Source: Zancudomyces culisetae HAW-14-8
Lineage: Eukaryota; Fungi; Kickxellomycota
Reading direction: 5' to 3'
DNA length: 64,000 nucleotides
NCBI GenBank assembly: GCA_052426225.1
Contig: JBNJNM010000010.1
Coordinates: 1,240,001 to 1,304,000, forward strand
The notes beneath the pieces were generated by a model. The model was not told where the DNA came from, made no database searches, and saw nothing but the letters and a program-made list of their open reading frames with translations. The number at the start of each line of letters is the position of its first letter. The stretch's first letter is position 1. This document shows, piece after piece, positions 63,364-64,000 of the stretch. The position numbers and the translations under genes are program-made.

Positions 63364-63789
63364 TGTCGTGCTAAGAATTTGCACTCAGTTTTTTGTTCGA
63401 TCTGAAGATATTTTTTATTTATAACAAAATTTGACCTATTAAATACTTTTTCACCAATTATTGAATACTATGAAATTGCCTATATAAATATTATAATAAC
63501 TATTAGATTCTCAAAATGTCATAAAGTTGATTTAATGACATTTTGTTCTCCTATTGAGATTTGATATATTAATTAATTATTATGAATCATCGATAAAGGA
63601 TGATTCACTTATTAATAATTAATATATTCTTGGTTAAATGAAATTAATAAAGCTAGTAAAATGTTAATATAACTAAGATTAATTAATATAACTAAAATTA
63701 AAATGATATAAAATTAATATTTAAACTCGTTAGGATTCAGTAGGAAAAAAACCATATGGGAAAAAGCCTGGTGAATCCTGAATACGACA
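63364..63789 (-). mobile_element. Solo LTR with minus-strand ENE-like hairpin, TSD GACA, 7 bp upstream of tRNA-Ile
   Basis: TGTCGT...ACGACA; GACA at 63360-63363 and 63790-63793. Confidence 0.85.
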
Positions 63790-63796
63790 GACAACA

Positions 63797-63870
63797 GCTC
63801 TGTTAGCTCAGCTGGTTAGAGCGTGGTGCTAATAACGCCAAGGTCACAGGTTCGATCCCTGTACAGAGCA
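63797..63870 (+). tRNA. tRNA-Ile(AAT)
   Basis: GCTCTGT/ACAGAGC acceptor, TGGTG CT AAT AA CGCCA anticodon arm, GGTTCGATCC, TTTT downstream. Confidence 0.95.
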
Positions 63871-64000
63871 TTTTGATATTTCTAATTGTTATTACAAATC
63901 ACTTTTAAAATATAGTTTTTGATAAGATTTTAGTGTATTTCAATAATTGATGCCTATACTTGTTGTTTTTTTTAATTTGACTTTTGCATTATTATTGAGT

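Overview
Eukaryotic, AT-rich, small-intron DNA. The gene set and intron style point to an early-diverging fungus (inference, no database check). Bases 1-25.2 kb are gene-dense: ankyrin protein, GGTase-I beta, Eaf7/MRGBP, riboflavin kinase, haspin, stand-alone TRP1, TVP38, SDE2, a sugar O-acetyltransferase, thioredoxin-PITH (TXNL1) and an HSL-family esterase, followed by a decayed acyl-CoA synthetase. From ~28.4 kb to the end there are no ordinary protein genes. Much of this apparently featureless AT-rich DNA parses, base by base, into end-to-end stacks of solo LTRs from many Ty3/gypsy-like families (TGT...ACA ends, 4-5 bp target-site duplications). The stacks were inserted serially a few bp upstream of tRNA genes (Asn, Glu-iMet dimer, Ile) and form a readable insertion record. 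One intact tRNA-targeted Ty3/gypsy element (58011-63358) sits in the Ile stack. Several unrelated LTR families carry ENE-like U-rich internal-loop hairpins. Two LTR families carry conserved small ORFs that run in frame off the LTR end. A near-identical 6 kb inverted duplication (34526-40534 / 49056-55064) encloses a Tc1/mariner element interrupted by a solo LTR and a degenerate chromovirus.
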